From: Octopus sinensis
Lineage: Eukaryota
DNA length: 64,000 nt
Direction of reading: 5' to 3'
Assembly: GCF_006345805.1 (NCBI RefSeq)
Contig: NC_043000.1
Location: 118,234,001-118,298,000, forward strand
The translations under genes and the position numbers were made by a program. Shown here piece after piece: positions 39,461 to 51,539 of the stretch (positions are counted from its first letter, which is position 1; the number at the start of each line of letters is the position of its first letter). The notes beneath the pieces are model-generated. The model was given only the letters and a program-made list of their open reading frames with translations, ran no database searches and was not told the DNA's origin.

Positions 39461-40158
39461 TATTCATTCCACCAGTTGCCGACGTAGAACTACTGTTACG
39501 GAAAAGAACACAAACCAACACCGATTGCCAAACAGTGCTGAAAAAACACAACAAGTATACAACATAATGTGCACGACAGATTTTTACATAGTTTATATCT
39601 ATCATATTCACTCACAATGCATTTGTTGGCCCAGGGCTGTATTAGAAGACACTTGCCCAAAAATCCGCGCACTGGTACTGAACTTCAAAACATGTGGCTA
39701 CAAAACGAGCTTCTTAACCGTTCAGCGACATGTGGGGCTGGAGAGAAGGTGTCTGTCACAGAGTGTGTTTCAAAAACGATGGACACGTATTGCACGCATG
39801 TTGGGAGTAAAAGACCCTGCGAGAGCATGTCATAATGGAAAAGCAAGGTGTCGGTTAAAAGGGCAGGGCTCGTGGGGTCGGAGCAAACCTGTCTACTTTT
39901 AACCTCATGCTGTCCTCATTGTTTGTTAATGTCTTTTGTGCCCCATTCGATGTTATCATGTTTTTAAATTTTTAACCAACTCATTCGTTATATATGACCC
40001 CCAGATCATATTGTACTGTCCCCTCTATGTACCTCTGTATGGATAATAAAAAAAAATGTAACCGTACAGCGACATATTATTTTTACATAATCATCGATCG
40101 AGATATTCTCAGCCACAACTGGTCCAAATATTTGCTAAATATTTTACTTTGATCCCTG

Positions 40159-40568
40159 GGATCTTTACAGTTTGAACGGCAGTTTTTTCTAGCGGTGTCA
40201 TATAAAATTGTCACCCATAATTATGACCCAAGTATCGATCTATTGCATTTCAATCTGTTTTAGGGGTTAGGGTTAGGGGTGTGGGGAAGGGTGTCTTTTT
40301 TTTCTTCACAAATGTAAATAAACCCAATCTGTTTCTTAAACGAGGGACATATTCATACGGCACAGAATGTTTTTTTTACCTCAATACACGTCACTGATTG
40401 GTTGAAATTGCAGAAATTGAAGAAAATATCTTACAAACTATAGAATTTTTTCAATAAAGCCAAGAGAAAAAGATGTTCTATAAACACATTCTACCAGTAT
40501 ACGAAGTTTAAAATTTTTTAGTTACCTACAAATTATGTTAAAAACTGTCGTTCAAACCGAAAAGATCC
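40159..40568. mobile_element. MITE family M1, inverted relative to 25376, about 120 bp upstream of the SLCO ATG exon
   Basis: GGATCTTTACAGTTTGAACGGCAG ... CTGTCGTTCAAACCGAAAAGATCC; internal TTAGGG repeats at about 40260-40280; no intact TSD. Confidence 0.8.
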
Positions 40569-40693
40569 TTAGACTGTAATGAAATACGCTAATACATTTG
40601 TTATTCTGAATTGGTATAACAAACAAATATTTATCGTATAAAAGGCATTATCTCCTCAATAAAATATAATTATTTTTTTCCTTTAACAGACTC

Positions 40694-40883
40694 ATGGACA
40701 ACGAGACGAAGACAAATGAACCGGTTAAACAAAGCATTCAAGAAAATGGAACCCAAGTTACTCAAGATGAAGAAACAGAAGATCTTCGTTACGGTTTCGG
40801 TCCCTTTCGACCGCCTTGGTTGCAAATATTCAATCAACCTCGGGTTCTTCTTGTTATTCTATCTTATACTGCTTTCGTTCAAG
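40694..40883 (+). CDS. SLCO: SLCO/OATP organic anion transporter, first coding exon
   Basis: Acceptor TTTAACAG|ACTCATG; MDNETK...DLRYGFGPFRPPWLQIFNQPRVLLVILSYTAFVQG matches the SLCO N-terminus; phase-1 donor CAAG|GTATGT. Confidence 0.88.
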
Positions 40884-43737
40884 GTATGTTACATCGTCTT
40901 TCAGTTAAGTTTTTGAAATACCTGTGATAAAAACGAATATATAAAAACAAAACATATAAATAATTCTTCCTGTTAAATATTTCATCCTTTTAACAGTTAG
41001 CCGTTTGCCTACCATGGAAGTCCCTGGTAACTCCCAGCGGTGATGTCTTGACAACCGATGCTGGTGTGTTTACGTCCCCATAACTTAACGGTTCGGCAAA
41101 AGAGACCGATAAAATAAGTACTAGGCTTACAAAGAATAAGTCCTGAAGTCCATTTGCTCGACTGAAGGCGGTGCTCCAGCATGACCACAGTCAAATGACT
41201 GAAACAAGTAAAATAGTAACCATGCGAGGAACCGCATTGTTACCAGCAATGTATTAGAAACGTCTGATACTCTGGCCAATACAGTGAGATATATAGATGC
41301 GGGCGTGGCTGTGTCGTAAGAAGTTTCTTCCCAACCTCATGGTTCCAGGTTCAGTCCCACTGTGTGGCACTTTGGGCAAGTATCTTTCACTACAGTCCCG
41401 AGTTTACCAAGCATTGTGAGTAGATTTGATTGAGGGAGATTAAGTTACACACACACTCGTTTATATTTATATGCGTGTACTTGTGCCTGTTTCCTATCAG
41501 CGCATGACAACCGTTGTTAGTTTGTTTACGTCCCTGTAACTTAAGGGTTCGACAATAGTAAACCAACAGTATAAGTACCAGGCTTCGGAAAAAGTACTGG
41601 TGTCGATTTGTTCGACTAAGCCCTTCAATGCAGTGCTCCAGCATGGCCGCAGTCTAATAGCTGAAACAAGTAAAAGATGTATGAGAGAGAGAGAGAGAGA
41701 GAGTATCATGGGCAAGTTCTGAGACAAGACTTTTGAAACAGATTGTATTTTAAGAGCAACAGCATTTATTACTTCTAGTATTTCTTTCAAAGTTATTTTC
41801 GTCATTGGTTGTCCCATTTTATAAAACCAGTTGGATGTTTTTGTTAAATTTTCGACTATTTTTTACTTTTTGATATTCAAGTCTTTTGTCAGATTTAGTC
41901 TTTTTGTTAAAAACGTTTTAAAGTTTCCTATGCTTTAATGTGAATTTGCACTTTATTCACAACACCACAACAATAGGCTACGTGAACTGTCATATTAAGA
42001 ATTATAGCTCTTAATTCAGGAAAGAAACATTTGTATATCGAGAAAACGGAGCACATATCCTCTGAGTTCCAGTTTCAAAAAAATTTGGATGAGAAGGAGA
42101 ATCTCGCTTTAAATCGCCTAAAGATTTATGTGATTAACATGATCTGTGTAAATACATTAATAAGCCTAATAGCTTTTGCTATAAGGACGTTACGTGAATT
42201 TTTTTCTTGTCGCAGGTGAAGTTCGGTTTGAGCATCTATAGACCGAACAAAAAATTTGACGGGAAGGTGCTACGGAAGTTCATAGGTCGACAAGAAAATT
42301 AGCTCTGTGTGAGATTAGTGATGTGTTGAGATTCATTAAACGTGTCAGAAGGTGGGAATGTTGATATATCGAGTGGGAATGGCTGGAAGTGGAAGGAAGT
42401 AAACTAGTTTAGAACGACAGTAGCCATTGTATTATTAGCTTTACAAGATTTAAAGAGAGTGTGAAGGTTATTGGTGAATGAAACATTGCTAATAAATCAA
42501 CGAAGTTATTTTGAATACGACCCAGGAGGTGGTATGTTTGTATGTGCGGAGAAGAATAGTAAACCAATCTTTATTCTATAACTTGAGTCATTGAAACTGC
42601 GGCCATGCTGGAGCACCGCTTTGAAAGATTTTATCGCCTCCGCTATTCATTTTTTTTAAGGGTTGGTACTGATTCTGTCGGTCTCTTTTGTGGCAATACA
42701 AAGTTAGGGGAACGTAAGCAAACCAATACCGTTTTTCAAGCAGTTGTGGGACACACAACGTGCAGTTGCGTGGCTAGACTGTGCCGCTCGGGGAAGCCCC
42801 TAAGTTTGCTGCTACAGGCCCTCAAATCATATACAGGCTTATACTGCAGACCCAACATTAACTCCCATAAAAGCGTTGCCTGGATAGAACCGCCCCCGTT
42901 GTACCCCTCCAGCTACGCTTCAGGCTATCTACGGAGTGTGTGGATGAGACAAAATACTCAACAGAAAATGTTGAATTTATTTGCTTTTGTTTTTGTTTTG
43001 GTCAATTATTAGTTTTTGCTTAGATTAGTCTGCAGTTATGCTGTAGCAGCGCGCTGAAGGAATTTTAATTAATTATATCAACCCTAATATTTATCGTATC
43101 GTTATCTTTGTAGTCGCATCCGTTAATTTACGGGCGTAGATACAATTTTCCGCCCGTCCACCTCATTTTCTCCCAAATTTGTTTATTCTTGTAATGTTTT
43201 GCCAAAAATCGCCGTTTTCGGGTATGGAGTTTCCGGAAAATTGCCAAAAATCGGCATTGTGAAATATCCACCCCCTTTCCACCCAACTTCTTCAATTTTG
43301 ACTTTTTTCCCCAACACTAACCCTAACGGTAAATACAGAAATGTTCTGCAATTTTTGTCCGACTTTTGTGTGTGTGAGTGTCGTTGTGATTGCTCACGAC
43401 GCCTCACAACCAGTGTTGGTTTGTTTATGTCCCTGTAACTTAACGGTTCGGCAGAAGACACCGGGAAATAAGTACCATACTTTATAGAAAATAAGTACTG
43501 TCGTCGATTTGTTCGGCTAGATTCTTCAAGCATGGCCGCAGTCCAATCTTACAGAAACAAGTATAAGATGAACACTAGCGTATATTGCCGACAGCAGACT
43601 CAAATGTGGTACCGCTTTAAAAGTGCCGCCCGAGGAGCTCCGCCTCCAACGCACCCCACTAGCTGAGCTAGTGAAGATGAACAGTAAACGTCAGTTAAGA
43701 TAGGACGGTGAGATATGAGAGTAGATTTGGTTGTTAT

Positions 43738-44325
43738 ATATTTCTTTATTGCCCACAAGAGGGGACAAACAAGGACAGAAAAAGGGAATAAGTTGATTAC
43801 ATCGACCCCAGTGCGAAACTAGTACTTTATTTATCGGCCCCAAAAGGATGAATGGCAAAGTCGACCTAGGCGGAATTTGAACACAGAACGTAACGGCAGA
43901 CGAAATGCCTATTTCTTTTCTACCCACAAGGGGCTAAACACAGAGAGGACAAACAAGGACAGACAAAGGGATTAAGTCGATTACATCGACCCTAGTGCGT
44001 AACTGGTACTTATTTAATCGAGCCCGAAAGGATGAAAGACAAAGTTGACCTAGGCGGAATTTAAACTCAGAACGTAACGGCAGACGAAATACCTATTTAT
44101 TACTACCCACAAGGGGCTAAACACAGAGAGGACAAACAAGGACAGACAAACGGATTAAGTTGATTATATCGACCCCAGTGCGTAACTGGTACTTATTTAA
44201 TCGACCCCGAAAGGATGAAAAGCAAAGTCAACCTCGGCGGAATTTGAACTCAGAACGTAACGGCAGACGAAATATGGCTAAGCATTTCGCCCTGCGTGCT
44301 AACGTTTCTGCCAGCTCGCCGCCTT
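43738..44325 (-). mobile_element. SINE family A, trimer with a 184-bp period
   Basis: Junctions at 43908/43909 and 44092/44093; single head at 44280-44325. Confidence 0.9.
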
Positions 44326-44705
44326 AGATTTGGCTGTTATATCCCTTTAATTGTTCGCTCTGTACATTAACAAACAAACAAAACCGTATTTCCACAAGTA
44401 CGTTATTTCATTTCTTTTATATTCTAATGTCGCTTAAAATGTCCCACCCAATGTACAACGGTATTTGTATTTTTGTAAATATGACCTAAATTAGTCAGAT
44501 CTGTCGCTCATACATCGTCTAGCTTCCCTCCATTCCCTGTTTGCTTGTCCTTTTTTTCTGTCTGTCGTTCTCTGTCACACCCACACTCAAATTGTTCAGC
44601 GTCACGTCGTTTTCTTTACATTTGGAAGAAGTAGCTTCTATAACAACACAGATGCAATTTACGATGACAGCTGATACAATAGACATTGCACCGGGAACCA
44701 CATCC

Positions 44706-46330
44706 AATTTCTTTATTCACCTATAAAAAGGTTTACATAGAGGCGACGTTACAAGGACAGACAAGGGACATGTAGGGGACAGACACACATTCTTATATAC
44801 AAGATGAAAAGACAGATGGATTTACATATATTATACGGATGGGAGTTAAAAATATAAGTGATGATTGGCTGGAAATTGGGTGGGTTCCGGGTTAGTGAAT
44901 TAACCCACCAGTTGATTACCCCTTTTGGTAATCTTTTCCTTTCTTTTATGCCCCGACCGACCGTGCAAGCACGGCCTCGTGCATTCTCATCGTTCCTACC
45001 ACTGTTATCCATCTTTTTCCAAACGCTCTTTGCGGCAGGCTCCTCCTCTCCAGATGGATCTTGCTGGAAAGATGGGCGGCGAAGTAATTCACCAGCCCAC
45101 GTCCGGAGATGAATTGGCCTGTCGCAATCCCTTTCGCTCGCGTCTTCCATACCTCATCTTTCAGTATGGTTACTACGCAGACAAAAACTACCTTCTTTTC
45201 TTTGGTGAAAGAGGAAGGTGGTACAATCTTTATCATGGACTCGGACGAGAGCCGTACTCTTTCTGCATCCGACATCAGCTGTTCGGCAAAGGCCATCAAC
45301 TCCCTCAACTCCTCACAGTGTACGAAGGCGTGCGTAACCGTTTCACTGGCACGCCCGCACCTTGGACACGTGGGGGAGGTGTCAATACCATGCCTTGACA
45401 ACCTTTCTCGAACCGGTAAAGCTGATCGGTAGCACAACCAGGTCAAAGATTTCTGGTAGTTATCCAGAAATCCTGACCCGAAGTCCTCCCGAACAGGTCA
45501 GCTAGCTGCCTCTTATCGTCGGATTTAAGCTCTACCAACCCGCAATAAAAATCCACTGTGGTAACTCTGCTGTCAGCATTGCTCCCTCGAGAGAAGAAGG
45601 AAAGTGCTTGTCTGCACTCCTCCCGCCATTCCCCCAACTTGGGTCTCCGCGTGATCCATGTACCTAAGTCCACAAGGGACTTTAACTTTGGGAAGAACTG
45701 CTCGGTATGCGTTGACCACACCTGCTCAGAGATGTCTCAGCCTTAGCGCGTGCTTGAGCATCATTAGCCAGGGCATCCCCAGCCCACCCTTTAGATGGAG
45801 GCCTCACAAGTGGAGTTTTACCTCTCCACAAAAAGTGGAAAAGGATCCGCTCCAACTTGGTTAGCCACAAACTGGGGCAAGGCACGACGGTTAGGCGGCA
45901 GGTTATCACAGATGCTATGAACACTTGTGCAACCTCCGCCCTTCCCAACAAGGATAACTTCCTCCCAGACCACTTCTGGGCTATGTCACCTTGCTCGTCA
46001 CCTCACTCCAGTTCTTCTCCACCTGGAGGTCCGGTCCAAACCAGACCCCGAGCATTTTAACCGGGCCCTCCGTCCAGCGCCCGACGACGTTGTTGGGAGG
46101 CATCGACTTGCCCCGCCAGGTGCCGAGTTGCAAGCCGACTGATTTTTTCCTGATTAATTTTAGCTCCTGCCACTGTTTCGTATCCTCTGAGGGCGTCTTC
46201 TACCCGAGGTAGCTGCCTTTCATCGGACACGATGATGGTGACGTCATCCGCATAAGCCGTCACATTTCCTTCATAACACAGATCACGCGGATCCGTCCCC
46301 ATGTCCCTCAGCTTCCGCAGCAGTGGCTCG
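44706..46330 (-). mobile_element. 5'-truncated L1/Tx1-clade LINE (RT, zf-RVT/CCHC, 3' UTR), inactive
   Basis: VTAYADDVTIIV (RT motif C), AGAKINQEK and CPRCGRASETVTHAFVHC; 16-bp TSD ACCGGGAACCACATCC at 44690-44705 and 46331-46346; frameshifted. Confidence 0.9.
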
Positions 46331-46858
46331 ACCGGGAACCACATCCTTCATTATTCTTATTTTACCGTTTATATCAAGCCTCATAATACGAGGCAGCGAG
46401 CTGGCTGAATCGTTTGCGTATCAAACAAATTACATAGTAGTATTTCTTCCGGCGTGGAGGCACATGGCCTAGTGGTTTGAGCAGCGGACTCGCGGTCGAT
46501 GGATCGCGGGTTCGAATCTCAGACCGGGCGATGTGTGTGTTTATGAGCGAAACACCTAAGCTTCACACGGCTCCGGCAGAAGGTAATGGCGAATTTCTGC
46601 TGACTCTTTCGCCACAACTTTCTCTCGCTCTTTCCTCTTGCATCTTGTAGCTCACCTGTGACAGACCGACGTCCCGTCCAGGTGGGGAACCTATACGCCA
46701 AGGAAACCGGGAAACCGGCCCTTATGAGCCAGGCATGGCATGAGAAGGAACAAACATTTCACCCGGCTCTTAACCTTCTGAGTTCGAATTCTGATTCTCA
46801 TCCTTTCGAAATCAATAACACTATAACCAGCTGTTAAGCACTGGGGGTCGATGTAACC

Positions 46859-47195
46859 CAGGAATTCCCAACAATTTTTTTATGGACCCCTTTGATTACT
46901 ATTTCATTCCACCTTACCCATAGCCATTCAATGTTTAAAAACTACTTTTATAGAAACTTCTTTCAAAATTCCTATTTGTTTTATCACACATTGTATAGGT
47001 TGAACTCTGTAAAATGTTAGAGAAAGAAACCTAACTGTCTTCTTGCAATACATACCAATATATACGTCTAAAGCCAAAGATTTTAGGGATCTTTAAAATA
47101 CAATTGTAGATCCCTAATTTACTATTTTGTTGCATAGACCCTCAAAACTCTTATATGGACCCTCAGGGGCCATGTGGATCCCGGTTGAGAATCGA
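46859..47195. mobile_element. hAT-like MITE, degraded
   Basis: Ends CAGGAATTCCCAAC / GGTTGAGAATCG; subterminal GGACCC motifs. Confidence 0.4.
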
Positions 47196-47214
47196 TTATC
47201 ACTTTCCCCACTAA

Positions 47215-47896
47215 GGCTGGATGAAGACCCATAGAGGCTCTAAGCATTTAAACGATTTTCGTGCTCCCATATAAATGTAATTCAAAACATTAGGAGCACT
47301 CCGTCGGTTACGACGACGAGGGTCCCAGCTGATACGATCAACGGAACAGCTTGCTCGTGAAATTAACGTGCAAGTAAGTGGCTGAGCAATCCACAGACAC
47401 GTGTACCCCTAACTTAATTCTCGGGGAGATTCGGCCCTTTGAAATACAGGTACTACTCATTTTTGCCAGCTGAGTGGACTAGAGTAACGTGAAATAAAGT
47501 GTCTTTCCCAAGGACACAACACGTCGTCGGGAATTGAACTCACAACCTTACAATCGTGAGTCGAATACCCTAGCCACTAAGCTACGCGCCTTCATAATTC
47601 AATATATAAACAATAATAAACCATGAAATATATTTTTTATTTTTCATGATAAAAAAATATTTGTTTTTATATAAGTCCATTTAATTTATATTTGAAAAGT
47701 TTTCTACAATTATTAATAGCAAAATCTTCGATCAACTTCTGTCAATGACATCATGAACACTTCGAATATTATATTAGCAAGTTAAAGTGATTTATTTTGT
47801 GCCGTAAACTATTTACCATTTCTATGATACCCCCACTTCCCTTGATGCCCTAAGCACGTTCTTATTTTGCTTAATGGTTAGTCCAGAGCTGCCCTC
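47215..47896. mobile_element. hAT-like MITE interrupted by a family E SINE; sister copy at about 54156-54677
   Basis: Both copies share CCCATAGAGG..CTAAGCA.TTAAA and AAAGTGATTT.TTTTGTGCCGTAAAC...CTAAG.ACGT.CTTATTTT.CTTAATGG.TTA.TCCAG.GCTG. Confidence 0.55.
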
Positions 47897-48655
47897 CCAC
47901 TAAAGTCGCTGACCTTGTACCAGAATTTGAGACCATCCAATTATATACATCTGTCGTGTATAACTTACTGTTTTCAGTTTTTCTGTTTGTTAAACAATAT
48001 GATCTTTGTTGGTTGACACAGTAACAAAAAGTTTGTGCGAAGTTACAAAATATTTATTTACCTTCAACGCCAGGCAAACCAGTTCGTGCATTTCTGTGAG
48101 AGAAATCTGTGTCAGCAGTGACAATCATCTTGGTCCTTTGTCATCCTCCCATCTCAGCACAAAATTGAATATCTAATAACAATGGGAGTTTTTTTTTTTT
48201 TGCATAAATTTCTTAAGTGAGACGTCGGATTCTCATTCAGGTTGATCTGACACCTTTTGAACGGTTGCTAAGCACGCACAATATGTCGAAAAATAATACT
48301 ACTCATATATCAAGGACACCTCACATGTTTATATTTCGAACTGCTAAACAAAGAAGGATAAGGTTCGCTGTCCTTCAGGTTTCCAACGTCTATTTGCTTC
48401 TTTCGTGTCTTTTCTCAGTTACCGCAATGATCCTTCTGAATATATATCAACTTTACATAAATCTTCTTTCAATCGTCTTTCATCTTCCTGTGCCTTTCCT
48501 TAATCAATGATTTCCAGATTTCATCTCTCGAGAAATGCCTCATGTTATTTTCTCCCAAACCCCACCACCTTACTACACTAATTTGCGAAAAATACAATCT
48601 GTAAATTGATATCATGCTTGTGACCCGTCTAGAAAGGTACGAAATAAGATTAATT

Positions 48656-48892
48656 GGCGGCGAGCTGGCAGAAATGTTAGCACGCCGGGCAAAATGCGTA
48701 GCCGTATTTCGTCTGCCGTTACGTTCTGAGTTCAAATTCCACCGAGGTCGACTTTGCCTTTCATCCTTTTGGAGTCGATAAATCAAGTACCAGTTACGCA
48801 CTGGGATCGATATAATCGACTTAATTCGTTTGTCTGTCCTTGTTTGTCCCCTCTGTGTTTAGCCCCTTGTGGGTAATAAAGAAACAGAAACA
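48656..48892 (+). mobile_element. SINE family A, monomer
   Basis: 15-bp TSD GAAATAAGATTAATT at 48641-48655 and 48893-48907. Confidence 0.9.
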
Positions 48893-50360
48893 GAAATAAG
48901 ATTAATTCCTAAACTGTTTTCTGCAGTTTGGTAACATGCATAGCTGTGGGTAAGAAGCTTGCTTTACAACCACGTGATTTTGGGTTCGGTCCCACTTGGA
49001 AAGTTCCTTCTACTCTAACTCCGAACTGACCCAATACCTTGTGAGTGAATTTGGCAAACGGAAGCTGTAAAAACCCGTCGGATATGCATGTGTGACAACT
49101 GGTGTTCATTTATGTCCGCGTAACTGAGCGGTTTGGCAAAAGATATGGATATGTTCTAGGCTTAAAAATAAGTACTTGAGATTTGTTCAACTAAATTTTT
49201 CAAGGCGGTGTCACAGCTTGGCCGCAGTCCAATGACTGAGATAAGCAAAAGACGAAAAATAATTTTTAAAATATATACAAGCAAACCAAAGCCTTTTCAT
49301 AATTTTGTGTCTGAAAATACCTTGCAAAGGTTGAGTTGTGACTACTCATTCTAGTAAATAGCAACAATTCTCGTTTGAATAATTTTATTGCTAAAGTCTG
49401 CTCTTTTGTCTTTTTTATTACTGGTATTAATGTACCCGATCATACCTTCAGTAACGTCAGTCAATATATTTGTTATAAATACTGATATATTCGCCTTACA
49501 GAACCATTGCGTTCCAAAATATCTTGATGTAACTTGTGATTCCGTAACACGAAGACTATTTTCCATTGAGAAGCGTTTCGCTGGCATTTTCTTTTTTTTT
49601 TCCGGAAAATAGTTACTTTAAGCGTGACCGAAAAAAGGTAGCGAAGTGGTGGGAGGCATTAATACTGACTGCTACATAATGAGAATTACTGGAAGAAGGG
49701 CATTATCTGTTTTTCCAAAAGATCATCAAAATCTGCCTCAAAGCTGAAGAATCTGTGAAAATCCTTTAACGCTCACAGTTCATTATCTCTTTGTTAGAAC
49801 TGAACTCATTATGAAATCCTCTTTTATTATTATCTCACGATTAGGCTGTTGAGAATATTCTTTTCTACTCTAGGCACAAGGCCCGAAATTTCGGGTGAGA
49901 GAGCCAGTCGATTAGATCGAACCCCGTACGCAACTGGTACTTAATTTGTCGACCTCGGCGGAATTTGAATTCAGAACGTAGACAGATGAAATACCGCTAG
50001 GCATTTCGCAAATTTTTTATTTCCCACAAAGAGACAATAAAGAGGAGACAGCACAATCTGTTATGGGTTTTTGGCGCTTCAACAAGTTTGTCTGCCGTCG
50101 GCATACTTAACATTTCACAATTTTTTTCCTCTGCAGAGGAAGTATTCATTTTAAACAAAATTTGTAGAAAAACGCCTCAAAATGGATAATTCCCACCCCC
50201 CACAAAGGGGAATAAAATAATACCGTCTGCCACACGCAGGACGCTATTACTAACAACACAACAAGGAAAGAATTCATTAACAACAATTTCAACACTAACC
50301 TTCACCCCCCCCAAAAAAAAAAGAAAAAAACACCACAGAATTATTCACAAGTCACAATAC

Positions 50361-50544
50361 CTATTTCTTTATTACCTACAAGGGGCTAAACACAGAGGGG
50401 ACAAACAAGGACAGACATAGGTATTAAGTCGATTACATCGACCCCAGTGCGTAACTGGTACTTAATTTATCGACCCCGAAAGGATGACATGCAAAGTCGA
50501 CCTCGGCGGAATTTGAACTCAGAACGTAACGGCAGACGAAATAC
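50361..50544 (-). mobile_element. Headless family A SINE unit, 184 bp
   Basis: 15-bp TSD CACAAGTCACAATAC at 50346-50360 and 50545-50559. Confidence 0.88.
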
Positions 50545-50644
50545 CACAAGTCACAATACTGCTAAGCATTTCACCCAGCAAGCTAACGTTTCTGCTAGCT
50601 CGCAGCCTTAATGTTGAGAATATTTAGGCGGTTCTGAAGACGGT

Positions 50645-51065
50645 GAGCTGGCAGAAACGTTAGCACGCCGGGCAAAATGCTTAGCGGTATTTCGTCTGCC
50701 GTTACGTTCTGAGTTCAAATTCCGCCGAGGTCGACTTTGCCTTTCATACTTTTTGGGTCGATAAATTAAGTACCAGTTACGCACTGGGGTCGATGTAATC
50801 GACTTAATCCGTTAGTCTGTCCTTGTTTGTCCTCTCTGTGTGTAGCCCCTTTGTGTAAAGAAATAAGAAACGTTAGCACGCCGGGCGAAATGCTTAGCAG
50901 TATTTTGTCTGTCTTAACATTTTGAGTTCAAATTCCGCCGAGGTTCAACTTTTTCTTTCATCCTTTCGGGGACGATAAAGCAAATACCATTTGTGTACTG
51001 AGGTCGATCTAATCGACTGGCCCCCTCCCCCCAAAATTTAGAGCCTTGTGCCTTGAGTAGAAAAG
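50645..51065 (+). mobile_element. Family A SINE followed by a related SINE
   Basis: Full head and body at 50645-50865; a second unit restarts at AGAAACGTTAGCACG. Confidence 0.75.
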
Positions 51066-51539
51066 ATTATTGATAGTAGTAGCAAGAAAAGTTAATTTGT
51101 ATAGGAGCGCGCCCAAACAAGGTAAACGAGATGGGGAAACATCACCACCAAAACCCGAACGAAGCATGGGCCAAATAGCTAGTATTATTATATTCCTGAC
51201 AAATATATTGCCTCATAACCTCAAGTCTCCCTAAATGCAATTTTAGATTCGTTGTGTAAAATTATCAGAATATGAAAACCGCAAGTGCAGTAGTGTTACT
51301 CGTGCGTGTGGCGCCTTGGATAAACCCCTTATTTGGGGTAGAAGCAAGCTCTTACAGGCTTATACGGCAGATCCCACCCATAAAAGTGTCGCTCCGGTCA
51401 GGCCCCACGCCTCTTGCTACTGGTTTCATAGCCTCATACCTTCCCAAGTGTAATTTCAGATCACTACGTAAAACTGTTGGAGTATGAAGATCGTAGGTGA
51501 GAGATAAATAAAAACAAATAACAGCTAATACTATTTTAC

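Noticed and set aside
42720-51490. Weak similarity between about 42750-42950 and 51280-51480 (shared TACAGGCTTATA and CCCATAAAAG)
   Set aside because: Probably an old repeat family, but the ends and class could not be defined by eye.
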